A stretch of 63,905 bases of DNA, the filler included, from Stramenopiles sp. TOSAG23-3 (taxonomy: Eukaryota), in assembly GCA_900128585.1 (NCBI GenBank). It is 7 parts of 7 records of this genome, joined end to end, with 100 filler letters (N's around TTAATTAATTAA, not from the genome) between each part and the next. Parts side by side here need not be neighbours in the genome. Positions count along the whole stretch, not along the records: positions 45,815 to 54,824 come from LT642963.1; positions 54,925 to 63,905 come from LT642964.1; 5 more parts are not named here. The stretch is one strand, 5' to 3'. This document shows positions 45,815-57,900 of the stretch, one piece after another. Position numbers and translations under genes: made by a program. The notes below the pieces were generated by a model, which worked only from the letters and a program-made list of their open reading frames with translations, was not told the DNA's origin and made no database searches. Every line of letters starts with the position of its first letter. Positions within the stretch are counted from its first letter, which is position 1.

Positions 45815-46828
45815 TGTTGAGCCTACGAGTTCGAGGATAGTATCAGGACAGTATAGGATCAGGAGTCAGGAGTCATGAGCTTCGCAATTTTTTTATTTAG
45901 AGCTATTCTAAATAGACTAGCTAAAGAGAGGCTATCGTATTAGATTTATGGTGAAATAGTATTAATACGAGGAGTCTAAAATTAATATAAAATTAATAAT
46001 GATGGTGTGTTTCTATTAATTTTTTTATTAATTGTTATTTATTTCCAGATGTTTATTTTAGTTAGATATCTGAGATCAAAGATCGAAGATCACAATACAA
46101 GATCGATGAGATCCTCCCTTCCACTAATCACAGAACCACAATTTCGGTAGGGCTGGACAAAATAATCCAAGATTAAGGATATATATATATAAATAGTATG
46201 TATGTTGTGTATATATATATAGGTATATTTTATCACTTTTTTATTCTATTTTTATATTAAATGATTTCATCTAAATCCCTACATCTACAATGACCTTATC
46301 ATTCCAAATGGTCTCATTTCGTTATCCCTATATACATATATCCTTAATTATAGGTGGCTTGGCTTATCTCTGGTCCATCCCTGAATTTCGGTTCTTCTAC
46401 TTCGTTCATCTTACTAGAATACTAACTACGTCTCTCTATTAATTATTACATCATTATAATTATACTACAAATAATTACTATATTATTACAGCTTTATTCC
46501 TTTTTTTATTATATTTTATTACGAGCCTACTACGGTACAAAAGGACTGACGACTGAAGTGATAAAGAAGAAAATGAAATCGATAAAATGGAATGTAACCA
46601 TCGCAAGACGTTTAATCTTCAATTGTTTTTTTGTAAACGGAAGGGTTGTTTCGCTAGGAAGGAAATATACAGAAAGAAATTTGACCCTTGTTGGAAAGAC
46701 ATTTGCTCTTTTTCTTCTTCTCCCGTTGTTGTTTTTTTCAGGGGGGTTTTGGGGGGTTGTGGGTTTTGATAAGAAGGTCGTGCCGTATAGAGCAATATCG
46801 TTTTCGTTCAAGGCGTAAGCAACTAACT

Positions 46829-48181
46829 ATGAGTAAGATCACTGCTAAAGTAAAGAATCCATCGGACCAGGCGGCCTATTTGGCGTCGTTCCCTAATGGT
46901 GCTATGACAAAGCGCACCCTTGGTGACGTTTCATGGACGATTCGACAGGGTCCATCCACGAAAAGGGCGTCGAAGAGGGCAAAGCCGACCTTCCTCGCCG
47001 GGGGCAGCGGTAAAGTGAACTGGAACTCTCCGGAGGACTTGTGTCGCCGCGCTGGGCAGAACAAATACTACGTTGCCGTCTACAACAAGAAGAAGGGCGA
47101 GCTGGAGGTCTTCAACGCTGGGGAGACAATATTCCCGATGATGCAGCAAGTGAACTCGGACAAGACGCTGGAAGACGGCATCGCCCACGACTCGCTGTCC
47201 CACATGAGTTCGCGCGAGTCCAGGGCAGTGCTTACCCATACGTTTGGTAGTAGGATGGCGCAGAAAGGCCTGAAGGCCATCGAAATGAACGTTGTCACGG
47301 AGAACAACATTGTAGGAGTAGATGAAATCGAAAAGCATCTAACGGCGCACAGTGCTGCGAGGGAAGCGGCCGAGGAAGAGGCATCGGGGGGCAAGAGCAA
47401 CGCTGAAATAGCGCTCGAAAGGAGCCGTCGGGATCTTCTTCCAGCATACCACTTGGATGCCGAGACCCCGGAAGCGGCCTACCCATTCACGGAAATGGTG
47501 ACGTCGAAAGACAGCAGTTGCATGAAAGATTTGCTGAAGGAGTTGGAGAAGGCAAAGACAGAAGAAGAGCAAGTCGCCCTGAAGGAGAGCGGCCAGCTTT
47601 TTTCGCAGGTCATTCGCCGAATTGCAAACGTGCACGAAAGGCTGGCGGGCGCTGGCGACAAGGCCGAGCGCAGGATGGCGTTCCAGAAGATTCTTTTCCT
47701 TTCGTACCTGCAGCGGTTCTACTTTTTTGGGAGAAAAATCAAAGCCGACCCGGACATCACAGCCTTGGCCGAGCGCGCGAAAATGCCCGTGATGATGATG
47801 GAAAAGTTGTTAGGCCTGTTCGCGAGCAGGTCGCGAAGGGACCCCATTAGCGAAGGTTCTTTTGGCGATTCGGCGACCAAGAAGGGAAAGGTGTATGTTG
47901 TGGGGAAGGCGCACCAGGACAAACTTATTTGTTACCTGTGCATTTCGACTTTGATGGTGGAAGGCTATAGGAAGTACGACCCAGCGTACTTGGCGAGAGA
48001 CTTAAAATTGAGTGTCAAGCAGATCAACGTGTACTTTAAGCACGTTGGGTGCAAGGTGGAAAAGGTCAGCAGAGGCGCGGACAAGCGGAAGAATAGTAGA
48101 ATCCCGAACATCGGACAATATAGAGTCTCCTTGCGGACGCCCCTTACTTTTCCAAAGCCCCCGCGTGCGGCGAAAAAGTAA
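46829..48181 (+). CDS. RPA49: RNA polymerase I subunit A49
   Basis: KYYVAVYNKKKGELEV, LTHTFGS...K, LLPAYHLDAETPEAAYPF, DKLICYL..TL......LARDLKL....VYFKHVGCKV, LRTPLTFP. Confidence 0.9.
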   Translation: MSKITAKVKNPSDQAAYLASFPNGAMTKRTLGDVSWTIRQGPSTKRASKRAKPTFLAGGSGKVNWNSPEDLCRRAGQNKYYVAVYNKKKGELEVFNAGETIFPMMQQVNSDKTLEDGIAHDSLSHMSSRESRAVLTHTFGSRMAQKGLKAIEMNVVTENNIVGVDEIEKHLTAHSAAREAAEEEASGGKSNAEIALERSRRDLLPAYHLDAETPEAAYPFTEMVTSKDSSCMKDLLKELEKAKTEEEQVALKESGQLFSQVIRRIANVHERLAGAGDKAERRMAFQKILFLSYLQRFYFFGRKIKADPDITALAERAKMPVMMMEKLLGLFASRSRRDPISEGSFGDSATKKGKVYVVGKAHQDKLICYLCISTLMVEGYRKYDPAYLARDLKLSVKQINVYFKHVGCKVEKVSRGADKRKNSRIPNIGQYRVSLRTPLTFPKPPRAAKK

Positions 48182-48362
48182 GCACCCAACTCTAACTTAA
48201 TTTGCGCCATATATACGTGTACCAGTACTACTTAATACGCGTATATTCTTTAAATTATTAATTATAATTAATATGTTTTAAGAATTTAAAAATAAACACA
48301 AGAATTAATAAATCTCTTAAAAAATTTGTGGCGTATTAAGCCCGTGCTTTTTCGTGCCCGCG

Positions 48363-49619
48363 TTAAATGTATTTTCCCGCCTGGCCCATGCTTTTGACGC
48401 TAAGCGTGGCATCTCCCTTCAATGCACCGAAGGCGAACATTTGCTTGCTTGGGTGGGTGTCCAAGGCAATGATTGGAACGTGCAAGGGGTTTTCTATTTT
48501 TTGAAAGACAGCCCCCGTTTGTAAATTATATACACATACCTCACCATTGTCCGAGCCAGTAAATACATGTTCCCCCTTGTGCTTGTCAAACGCGACGGTG
48601 CTGGCATACCTTTCGTTGAGATGTCCCCCCGAGTACGTTCGGACGCATTTTCCAAGCCCAATGTTCCACAGCCGCACGCTGCTATCCATGACCCCAGACA
48701 AAATGTACTTTCCGTTCGCCGAGAACCGCGCACAAGTTGCGTTGAAAACGCTGCTGTCGAGCTGAGACTTTGGCGGGGGCACCATACTCTTCAGGCACAG
48801 CCCCGTCCCCGTGTCCCACAGCCGGGTAATACCATCGTAGCTGGACGTAACAAATTCCGTCCCGTCCCAATTGAACGATATCGAGGAAATTTTCTCACTG
48901 TGGGCTTCAATGGTTTGGACGCACTTGCCGCTGCGAACATCCCACAGCCGCACGGTCATGTCCGACGAACCGGACGCAATCAAGTTCCCGTTAACGTTCG
49001 AATCGATGCACACTACTTCACTGTTGTGCGAGTCTACCACGTCGTACTGGTTCCATGACCCTAGCGTCATCAGCACTTTCCCGGTGGCACAATCCCACAC
49101 TTTTACCGTCTTGTCGTCGGAGGCCGTGCAAACGTAGTCGTTCGACCAGTGCCAAGCGACGTCGCTTATTCCTGCAGTGTGGCCACCATCCTCCAACGAT
49201 TTCTTCAATACGTTTAGCCGTTTGCCTGTAAGAACATCCCAGACAATTACCTTTTTGTCCAACCCGCTGCTACACAAAAACCTCCCGTTGGGGGAAAATC
49301 TACAAGCTGTAACCCCATTTTGGTGGCCGACCCACGGGGCCGGTGGAGTTTCCTCCTCTGTCATCTCGATACTGTCGCCGGACGGGGCTCCTATGCTGTT
49401 CGAAGCAGGTGCTGCCGGCGCCTCGCTCTCCACAGACTCTCGAATTGGCCCAGCAGTTGCGCCCGGCGGCTCCGTTCGACCCCGTTTTAAAGGTCGTTCT
49501 TCGACCCCCACCGTCTCCTCCTTGACAGCAGGCGCTGTTTGGGCACTTTGGTTCGCATCCTCCGCTTTACCGTCTGGAGTACTGCTGCTGCTAATACTAC
49601 AACTGCTTGTCCCCTCCAT
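48363..49619 (-). CDS. WDR5-like WD40 protein (divergent)
   Basis: Seven WD40 blades; GISDVAW, ASDDKT, F.WDG...VTSSYDG..RLWDT.TG.CLK, FS.NGKYIL, NERY, NLQT...QK follow the WDR5 layout. Confidence 0.82.
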   Translation of the reverse strand: MEGTSSCSISSSSTPDGKAEDANQSAQTAPAVKEETVGVEERPLKRGRTEPPGATAGPIRESVESEAPAAPASNSIGAPSGDSIEMTEEETPPAPWVGHQNGVTACRFSPNGRFLCSSGLDKKVIVWDVLTGKRLNVLKKSLEDGGHTAGISDVAWHWSNDYVCTASDDKTVKVWDCATGKVLMTLGSWNQYDVVDSHNSEVVCIDSNVNGNLIASGSSDMTVRLWDVRSGKCVQTIEAHSEKISSISFNWDGTEFVTSSYDGITRLWDTGTGLCLKSMVPPPKSQLDSSVFNATCARFSANGKYILSGVMDSSVRLWNIGLGKCVRTYSGGHLNERYASTVAFDKHKGEHVFTGSDNGEVCVYNLQTGAVFQKIENPLHVPIIALDTHPSKQMFAFGALKGDATLSVKSMGQAGKYI

Positions 49620-51406
49620 TGCGGTTTACGTATGTACACACTTTCCTTCTATAAAATGTATAAAGAAATACTGAATTGGGAAAAAGAGAAATGGCTTTCT
49701 CTTTTTTCTTTCTCATAATAACAAATCAATCAATGCACATTAATTTATTATGTACAGTAGTATATTAATAGTATTTAATTATTATAATAAAAAAAGGAGG
49801 AAGGAAGGAGGAGTGTGGGGTGTGGGTCAATCACAAAATAAAAAATTCTTCTTCTCAATTTGGTAGTCCTCGTAGGGTACCTCTTCTTCTTCTTTTTTCT
49901 AATAAATGTAAATTGTTATAATTATATAGGAAATATCTATTGTAGTCTAAATAAGTATATTTTAAAAAACGAGTTTCTTTGTTTCTTTCCTCTTCGAAAG
50001 ATTTTAATAAAGTGATAAATAGGAAAAGAAACGAATACAGTATTATTTATAAGTATAAAGATGTTAAATAAATGAAATAAGAATATAATTATGTGTGCTT
50101 TGATCGTCTATTTGTTTTGTTATGATGCCTATTTCTATTGACAGAGCATTAAACTATAATAACAGAGCAAAGAGGCAGCGTTTCATGGACGAAGAAGAAA
50201 GAAAGAAAGAAAGAAAGAAAAGGGAAATTTTTTTTTACGGTTGGTTTGGGTGGAGGAAGGAAGGAAGGAGGATTCCAAGACATAAAGGAATAATACAATA
50301 AATAGATAAAAAATGCAATATTATATTAATGATAATAAAAGACATAAAACAGTATTTTATGTAATATTGATATATATAGGAATAATTAAATTGAAATGTA
50401 CTCTATTGTTGTATACTAACTAGTTTAAGAAGTCAATGAAAGATAAAGAAAACGAGACGTTCGTCATCTACCGATACGTTGTATTTGTCTCTCCTATCTT
50501 TATGTTAAATAACGTGTTGTGTGACTATGTAATTTATTAATAAAAGGAGAATAGGGAGTAATACAAATTCTGAATAATACAAATATAGGGAAATAACAAG
50601 GACAACAATGAAATTAGAAATAACGATATTGTTGCTTTATATATTAAGGATATATAAATAGTCGTCTATATTTAAACTATGTATGTGATATGGGAATTAT
50701 TAGACTAATTCTAGTTAGTTTTAGTTTTATTTATTTGTTTTGACTTTATAAATGTAATTCCTATTTACTATATTTTATTCATATTATCCTTAACCTTAAT
50801 GATGAAAGAGACTTTATGTGCCGTTATTTTATAGGATGATAATTAAATAGAATACATATATTTATACTTAAAAAACAATTTCATCGTTTTTTGGCGTTTC
50901 ATGGCTTGTTCGTCCTAAATAATTATTTAATTTCTATTGTATTCCTTTGTTAAATAATTGTATCAAATCTTATTTTACTCTTTGCGTTCATTATTGGAGA
51001 TAGGAATTACATACAAATAGCATGGGTTTATTTCTATTTGACTCTCGTTGTTTTAATTAAAATATTTTTACTAAAACATAATTCCATTTTAATATAGAAA
51101 TACCATTGTCTTTTCCTTCCTTCGTTTCTTTTCTTATCGCTTCGCCACTCTAAAATCGTAACTCTTCTTTTCTTATTGTTACAAGAAGACAAGGAGGACA
51201 AATTCCAAACGAATATGTATATTTTATTTTAGGACTCTTCTTTGGGTTTGTTACACGACGGATATACAAAAGCAGAAAGAAACAGAAGTATCTGAAAACA
51301 GGAAAGAAAGTATCCAGATAGTAATTATCAATTTCATTTCAAAAGAAAGTTGATATTAGTTGGTCATCTATTTAAAAACTACGTACCCGAGAGAAACCCA
51401 TATAAA

Positions 51407-52143
51407 ATGTTTCGCAACACTTTCCAGTCGGGATTCTTATCCATCCTTTACAGTATCGGAAGCAAGCCGCTTCAAATTTGGGACAAGAAAGGTAAGTAAA
51501 CAGCAGCGATCTAAGACTCCCCCGCGCGGCCCATTGGGCAGCGTATTCCCCACGCGCTTCTCCCCTTCCCCCCCCTTTCCCCCGATGAACACTAACTAAC
51601 ACAAATTCTCAATCAGTCCGCAATGGTCATATCAAGCGTATTACCGACTCTGATATCCAATCTAGTGTCCTTGAAGTCATGGGAACGAACGTAAGCACAA
51701 ACTTTATTACTTGCCCCGCAAACCCGCAGAAGACGCTGGGCATCAAGCTCCCCTTCTTGGTTATGATCATCAAGAACCTAAAAAAGTACTTCACCTTCGA
51801 AGTTCAAGTTCTCGACGACAAGAACGTACGCAGACGTTTCCGTGCCTCCAACTATCAGTCGACGACACGAGTGAAACCGTTTATTTGTACAATGCCTATG
51901 CGCCTTGACGAAGGGTGGAACCAGATTCAGTTTAACTTGTCAGACTTTACCCGCCGCGCATACGGGACCAACTACATCGAAACGCTCCGTGTGCAGATTC
52001 ATGCCAACTGCAGGATTCGCCGTATTTACTTTTCTGACCGCTTGTATTCGGAAGAAGAGTTGCCACCTGAGTTTAAATTGTTTTTGCCAATCCAAAGGAA
52101 AGAGCAACAGGCAGCTGCAGCACCAGAGGGACAACAACAATAG
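51407..52143 (+). CDS. CFAP20: Cilia- and flagella-associated protein 20 (BUG22), two exons: join(51407..51491, 51617..52143)
   Basis: Exon 1 [28 protein letters not shown]; 125-nt GTAAGT...ACTAAC...TCAG intron; exon 2 (V)[10 protein letters not shown]...[29 protein letters not shown]. Confidence 0.98.
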
Positions 52144-52951
52144 GGCGTTCATTGGTGGTTAGACGACATCGGGAATTGAGCATGTAATTTAAGTAGGTTT
52201 GGAAGGCTGCCACTTGCCGGCAGTCTAGGAGAAAAACACGGTTGGTGACACCAGAAAACACAATATACAGAGGAGACATACGACGCTCGGAGAGAGCGGT
52301 CGACGATGTGTGCGCGTGAGATAGATGATACGATGGAACCGCGCTTTCGTGCGTGCGTGCAGGGAGCCTGGGTAGAGAAAGATGCCTGGCTCGATGAAAA
52401 GCATAAACAAGGAAGGGGCGTTCAACTTGACGGGGAAAGGGTATAAAAGTATAATATAAACTGTCGGGAAGTATTTTGTAATTTGCACATTTTGTTGATC
52501 AAACTCAAAATTTTAATGACTAAAATTAACTTCTTCTCAATTTTTATATATAAGCCATAATAAAAAAAAATAATAAAATATCAAACGTCTCCTTCTTCTC
52601 GAAAATTGAATATTTAGATTAATATACAGCTACATAGCATTAAATAAAAAATGTGTTGAAACCGTCTCAACATTTTTATTCCAGTGGTGTGGAAGAGGTT
52701 CCACTTGTTGTTATCCTCCTGTACAATAACCAGGTGGATAGTATCTTATTATATTCCTATATAAATAAATACAAAGTACCAAAGGTATAATCTACGAGGA
52801 TGTATTTGGCCAAGGTGGGTTACCGTAGTCGTCTGTAGTCTGATGTACGAAGTAAGTAATAATAGCTAATAAAATGACAATGTAATATGGTACCTCCCAC
52901 CCCAAAAGAAGATAGAGGTGACAAATGAGATATATGATGTGAAAAAAAAAT

Positions 52952-52980
52952 AAATTATATAGTATGTTTTAAGACTCTCA
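52952..52980 (+). repeat. Copy of the ~30-bp dispersed repeat
   Basis: AAATTATATAGTATGTTTTAAGACTCTCA. Confidence 0.75.
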
Positions 52981-53008
52981 TAATAAGATAATATAGCAAT
53001 TTCTAAAA

Positions 53009-54291
53009 TTATGAATGCTTTGCGATGCTCGTTCGTTTTAGCATTGCTGCAATGTATCGATAGCGTTGCACGCACTCTTCCTTTGTGCGAGTGCGTACAA
53101 TATCAGCTATTTTGCCCCAGCGCTCATCTTTTTCTAGCGTTTTCGAGACCGTTCGAAGCCCGTGTTCCAAGCGCCCTTGCTCGACCTCGCTCCATGGTTT
53201 CTCGGCTGTTGCTTTCTTTTTAATTGGGACGTCGACGACCGAGGACGGGGCCTTTCGAACGGTTTTCATTTTCAGTTTTTTGACTTGCTTGACTACTTGA
53301 CTGGCGTCGCGGGATCCGACCAGATTGGATATGCGATCCTTTGTAAGGGGGGTGGGCGGGAAAACGCGGAAAGTTAGAGAAATGCAAGGAGGGAAAGGTG
53401 GTTGAAATGGACCGAACGTGTAAACGGTTATGCTATACTTACCCATCTTAAATGGGTACCGCTGGGGTACTTCTTCATGCCCTTGATCAACAAGGCAATT
53501 TCTTCTTTGCTCCAATCGCCAGTCTGCGGACCCAGTCTTCCACGTGCCCGCTTTACCGCGTTTGCGTGATTTTCCTCAATCTTTTTCAAAGCCGCCGCAC
53601 GCCGCAGCCGTTCTCCCTCTGCGTCTGGCGGAGCGTCAACGTTCCACGTCTTTTCTTCCGCATTTTTTCGGTCTGATTCCTTCTGTTGCTCCAGCAACTT
53701 TCGCTTCGCCTCTTTCTTCTTCTTCTTTTCCAGTTTAACTTTCGCCTCGTTTTCCTTCTCTTCCTCCGTCAGCTCCGCAACCTCCTTTCCGCCAGTAACC
53801 GCATCAATCGCCGCCGCGCGCTTTGCCAGCTCCTTTTTCTCTTTCTTGGCGGCTCGGTCTCGGTAATTCATGACGAAAGGGTACGCGCCGAAAGTAAACA
53901 TCGAGAACACTATCATCCAATTCAGTGGCGTATCTTCTACTCCCATGCCATGCCTATTAAAGGCCTCTTCAAAATTTCTGAAGCCTTGGTTGCCATCGTC
54001 GTACTCCCCATTGTCGTACTGCTCACGCTTTTCCTCGTCGGACAGGACTTCGTATGCGTTCGCCAGCGCTATGAACTTTGCTTCCATTTCTTCCTTTTCA
54101 CTCTCCGGGTTTTTGTCCGGGTGAAACTTTCGAGCCAACTTGCGGTACGCACTCTTGATCTCCCTCTTTGACGCAGTTTTTTCAACGCCCAATATGTCAT
54201 AGTAACTTTCTAGACCCAAAACCGAGAGAAAAAGGGAAAACAGAACAAGAAGGACGCACAAAACATATCTCTGCCTCGAAACGAGCGACAT
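53009..54291 (-). CDS. ER DnaJ protein with TM and two SANT/Myb domains (DNAJC1/ERdj1-like): join(53443..54291, 53009..53338)
   Basis: Signal peptide, J domain (YYDILGV...FHPDKN), TM, SANT1 WSKEE..L.KG.KKYP.GT..RW|DRIS, SANT2 WSEVEQ..LE..L......[17 protein letters not shown]; 104-nt GTAAGT...AG intron 53339-53442. Confidence 0.88.
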
Positions 54292-54549
54292 CCTCCTCCC
54301 TCCTACAAAAAAAAAAAAACAACAGTCTATGTACAAGCGACTCAAACTAAATCAACAAGTTCTTCCTTCTTGACTATAAACCAAAAGGTTTCCATATATG
54401 TATCACAAACTACAAATAAACCACCGTGCATTTATAAGCCTTTTACTTCAAAAACTAAGTTAGACTCTTTATAAAAAATATTTACAATTATTTATTGTAT
54501 TTTAAATTATTGTTGTTGGAATAAAATAATAAGAGATACAGTGATGAGG

Positions 54550-54815
54550 AATAATAATAATAATATAATAAATAATAATAATAATAAGATAGAAGAAGAA
54601 GAAGGGGTATAATCATCTAATAATATAAAAGAGGAGGAGTATAATAAAATAATAATAAATAATAATAATATTTTATTATTATTATTATACTATTCCACTG
54701 TGGTGAGACGATGGGGGGTGGGGGGAGGATGATTTTATTTTTTAATAATAAAAAAATAAAAAAAGAACTTTCTTCTTCTTCTTCTTGTTCTTCTTCTTCT
54801 TCTTCTTCTTCTTTT
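54550..54815. repeat. (AAT)n and (CTT)n microsatellites at contig end
   Basis: Visible trinucleotide runs. Confidence 0.8.
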
Positions 54816-54824
54816 ATTAATTCT

Positions 54825-54924
54825 NNNNNNNNNNNNNNNNNNNNNNNNNNNNNNNNNNNNNNNNNNNNTTAATTAATTAANNNNNNNNNNNNNNNNNNNN
54901 NNNNNNNNNNNNNNNNNNNNNNNN
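54825..54924. other. Artificial contig spacer
   Basis: 44N-TTAATTAATTAA-44N. Confidence 0.97.
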
Positions 54925-57900
54925 GGGTGTTACTGATGCAAGAACCACTTGGTCGTAATATTGAAAATATAAGTCATCAGACGTGAAACCCTGATCGTCA
55001 CGAGGATCACTATTTGACACACTTACACTAACCAAAAAGCCACTGCTGGGAAGTTTTTCCGCATATTTCAACGGGGGCGTAATGCACTTGGCATGGGTCG
55101 AATTGATGTATTTGGCTTCAACAACCGTGTTGTGAAATCGGCAGTGGAACCCATACTCCGAACCGTTTATAAAATTTAGCCCCATGACGGTGATTGTTGA
55201 ACCTCCCTGGCGGGGGGCCATAGTCGGCACAACAGCAAGGACACTCATTGACTCCGTGTATTCAAAATAAGACATCGAGGTACTGTAGTCCTGCAGATTG
55301 GCCGTAATCTGAACCACCACTTTCCCCAATAATTCTGCCATAGGAGAATAGCACCCTATTTTACCATCAGGTAGCAGTTCAGCTTCCACAACGTTGTCCT
55401 CGCCAAATCGACAAGACAAATCTTTGCTATCCAATGGAGTATCAACAGCAATTTTTATGAGAGTGCCCCCAGACAGAGGCCCTCGGGAAGGACTCAGGGA
55501 TTTAATCGAAATAGGCGCATGATATTGCGCTCGTATGCCCGAAGTGCTGAAATCCACCCCGTTGTTTGATACCTCAATTAGAACTGGCAATGCGTTGTCA
55601 CCTTGCAGGTTTCGAGGCGGCACGGCACACCGGATTAACGTCGAGCGTATATAAGTGGCGAATGATTCGTGCCCATCGTCAAAACGACATCTCAATTGTA
55701 GTGAACGAACAAAATTTGTTCCCGCAATATTGAGGTGCGTTCCCCCAGTTGATGGAAAGATTGATGGCGAGACTCCTTCGATGACAATATTTGGCAGATA
55801 CGTGTACTTCAAACCGGAAGAAGATGTAAACATACCGGCACGAACACTATCGCTCGTGTCCTCTAATATTTCTACAGACTCAGTTGGTAAAACCGTTACG
55901 GAAACAGAATAAGGTGCTACTTTCGCATTAGCAACAAATGGAGACACACACGATGCATGTGTTTCGTTTATTATTTCCGCGGGTCGCTTTTCTAGGCGGC
56001 CAAAAAGGCACGTGTAATGAATACCATCGACAAATCCAGAACTCAAAATTATCACATGCGTATCACCAGTATTTGGACCTCGAGGTGGACTGAGCGACAG
56101 CAATGTTGTTTTTGCGACAAAAGTCACCGTCGCACCACTATCCGTGTACTCTTGACCACCATTGTACGAAACTTCAACGGAAACTTTGCCTGGTGCGTAC
56201 GCGGGAGCCACACATGCCACAGTATCATCTGCGATTGATACTGCTGGAACTTCTACATGACCAAACCTGCAAAGAAAGGCAGAACTCAAAACCAAATTCA
56301 GATTTATTACCCGCAGAACTGTCGTTACATTACCTTCTGATGGGACCACTTTTGGAGAGATACTAACAACAGCGGTCTCAACCTCATACCGCAACGTCAC
56401 ACTGCCGGTACTAAAATCAACCCGATTATTACTTATTTGCAACTTCATTATGGAAGGCTTTTGCCCCATTGGACTTGGAGGCATACTGAGAAGTACACTG
56501 TCAGCTGATTTCCAAGAGACCGGTACAGTCTCCGAAAAAGTGGAATTCCAAGTTAATCGCGCAGATAATTCAGATCGATCGGCGAAATGAAAGCCATTGA
56601 TTTGTACAGTACCACCACCTTCAGCAGAAACATATCTAGGAACAACTGATTCAACAATTGGCCGTACTTCATACTGAAAATATAGTTGTTCGTGAGCTTC
56701 GTAGTGTATTTTTCGTTTTGAATGAAGAAACCGAAGAGCCAAAGATATCGGTACTGTTGATGCTTCCAAGTTGAAGGCCGCAGGGGTTCTGCACGTTAGC
56801 ATAGAATTGTTCAACACATCTGCCATCACTTCAATTGCACCAAATTTACAAAATGGGATAAGCGTGTTCGGCATTCGACCATATTGAAAGCCTGTCCCAC
56901 TCACAGTGACAGCAGTACCACCATCTACAGGTCCTGATTCTGGGTGAATCGAAACAATTGTTTTCGCGGGGCGATATTCCAGAGTCAAAGATTCCTCTAC
57001 ATAATCCATTCCGTTAATAGTTACGTAAACCTGAACTTTCCCGGGGTGATTTGAAGGTGCTAGGCATCTAATTTCGTATTGTGAAATCCATGATGCAGGC
57101 ACTGAGCCAGAAGCACCGAATCGGCAATGTAACCCGCGGGTTTCGGGAAAGTTTTCACCGTAAACTATGACTTCGAATGCATTTCCTTCCGGTATAGAGG
57201 ATGGTTCAATTGCAGTCAAGCTTGGGATGGCACGATAATGAACTTGAACGAAGTCTGACGTAAACGCATGTGTGCTACTGTATACCTCAAGCGACAGAGA
57301 AAGGGGCTGCGTGTAAGCGACCGCGCTTGCTATGCGCTCTGGCAATGGCGGGGCCGTACAGATGAGAAGCTCGGAACTGACGTATTGGGCAGGAACTCTC
57401 AAAGACTTCCCAAACGCACACGACAGATCGTGCGTGCTTGTAAAGTTTACACCATTGACACTGATTGTCGTACCTCCATGCGCGGGAATATCAGTGGGTG
57501 AGATACTAAAGACTTTCGCATCGCCTTCATAAGTAAACTTAAGGCCACTTTGTGTGTAGTCTGTGCCATCGTTACAGCTGATCTCTACTATTACGTCACC
57601 ACCAGACATTTGGGCAGGAGTCAAACAGTTGAGTTCGTTCGCTGAAATGTACGAAGCCTGTACATATTTTGCACGTTTTGCCGAACGAAAAAGAGCTGGT
57701 ACGCCATTTTCATAGCGCGAGAAACGGCACAAAATATTGTAGTCGCTCGAATTGGCAAAATTCGTTCCATGAACAACTAGAGTTGTGCCACCGCTTATTG
57801 GCCCGGTATTCGGCGAAAGAGAAGATATTGCAGATGGAACTTGATATGTGATCGTGAAGTTTGTTCGAATCCAATCGAACCCACCGTTAATTGATATAAA

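Noticed and set aside
49620-51400. Long ORF-free region as a possible RNA gene locus
   Set aside because: Very AT-rich, low complexity; no tRNA, rRNA or snRNA signature recognised.
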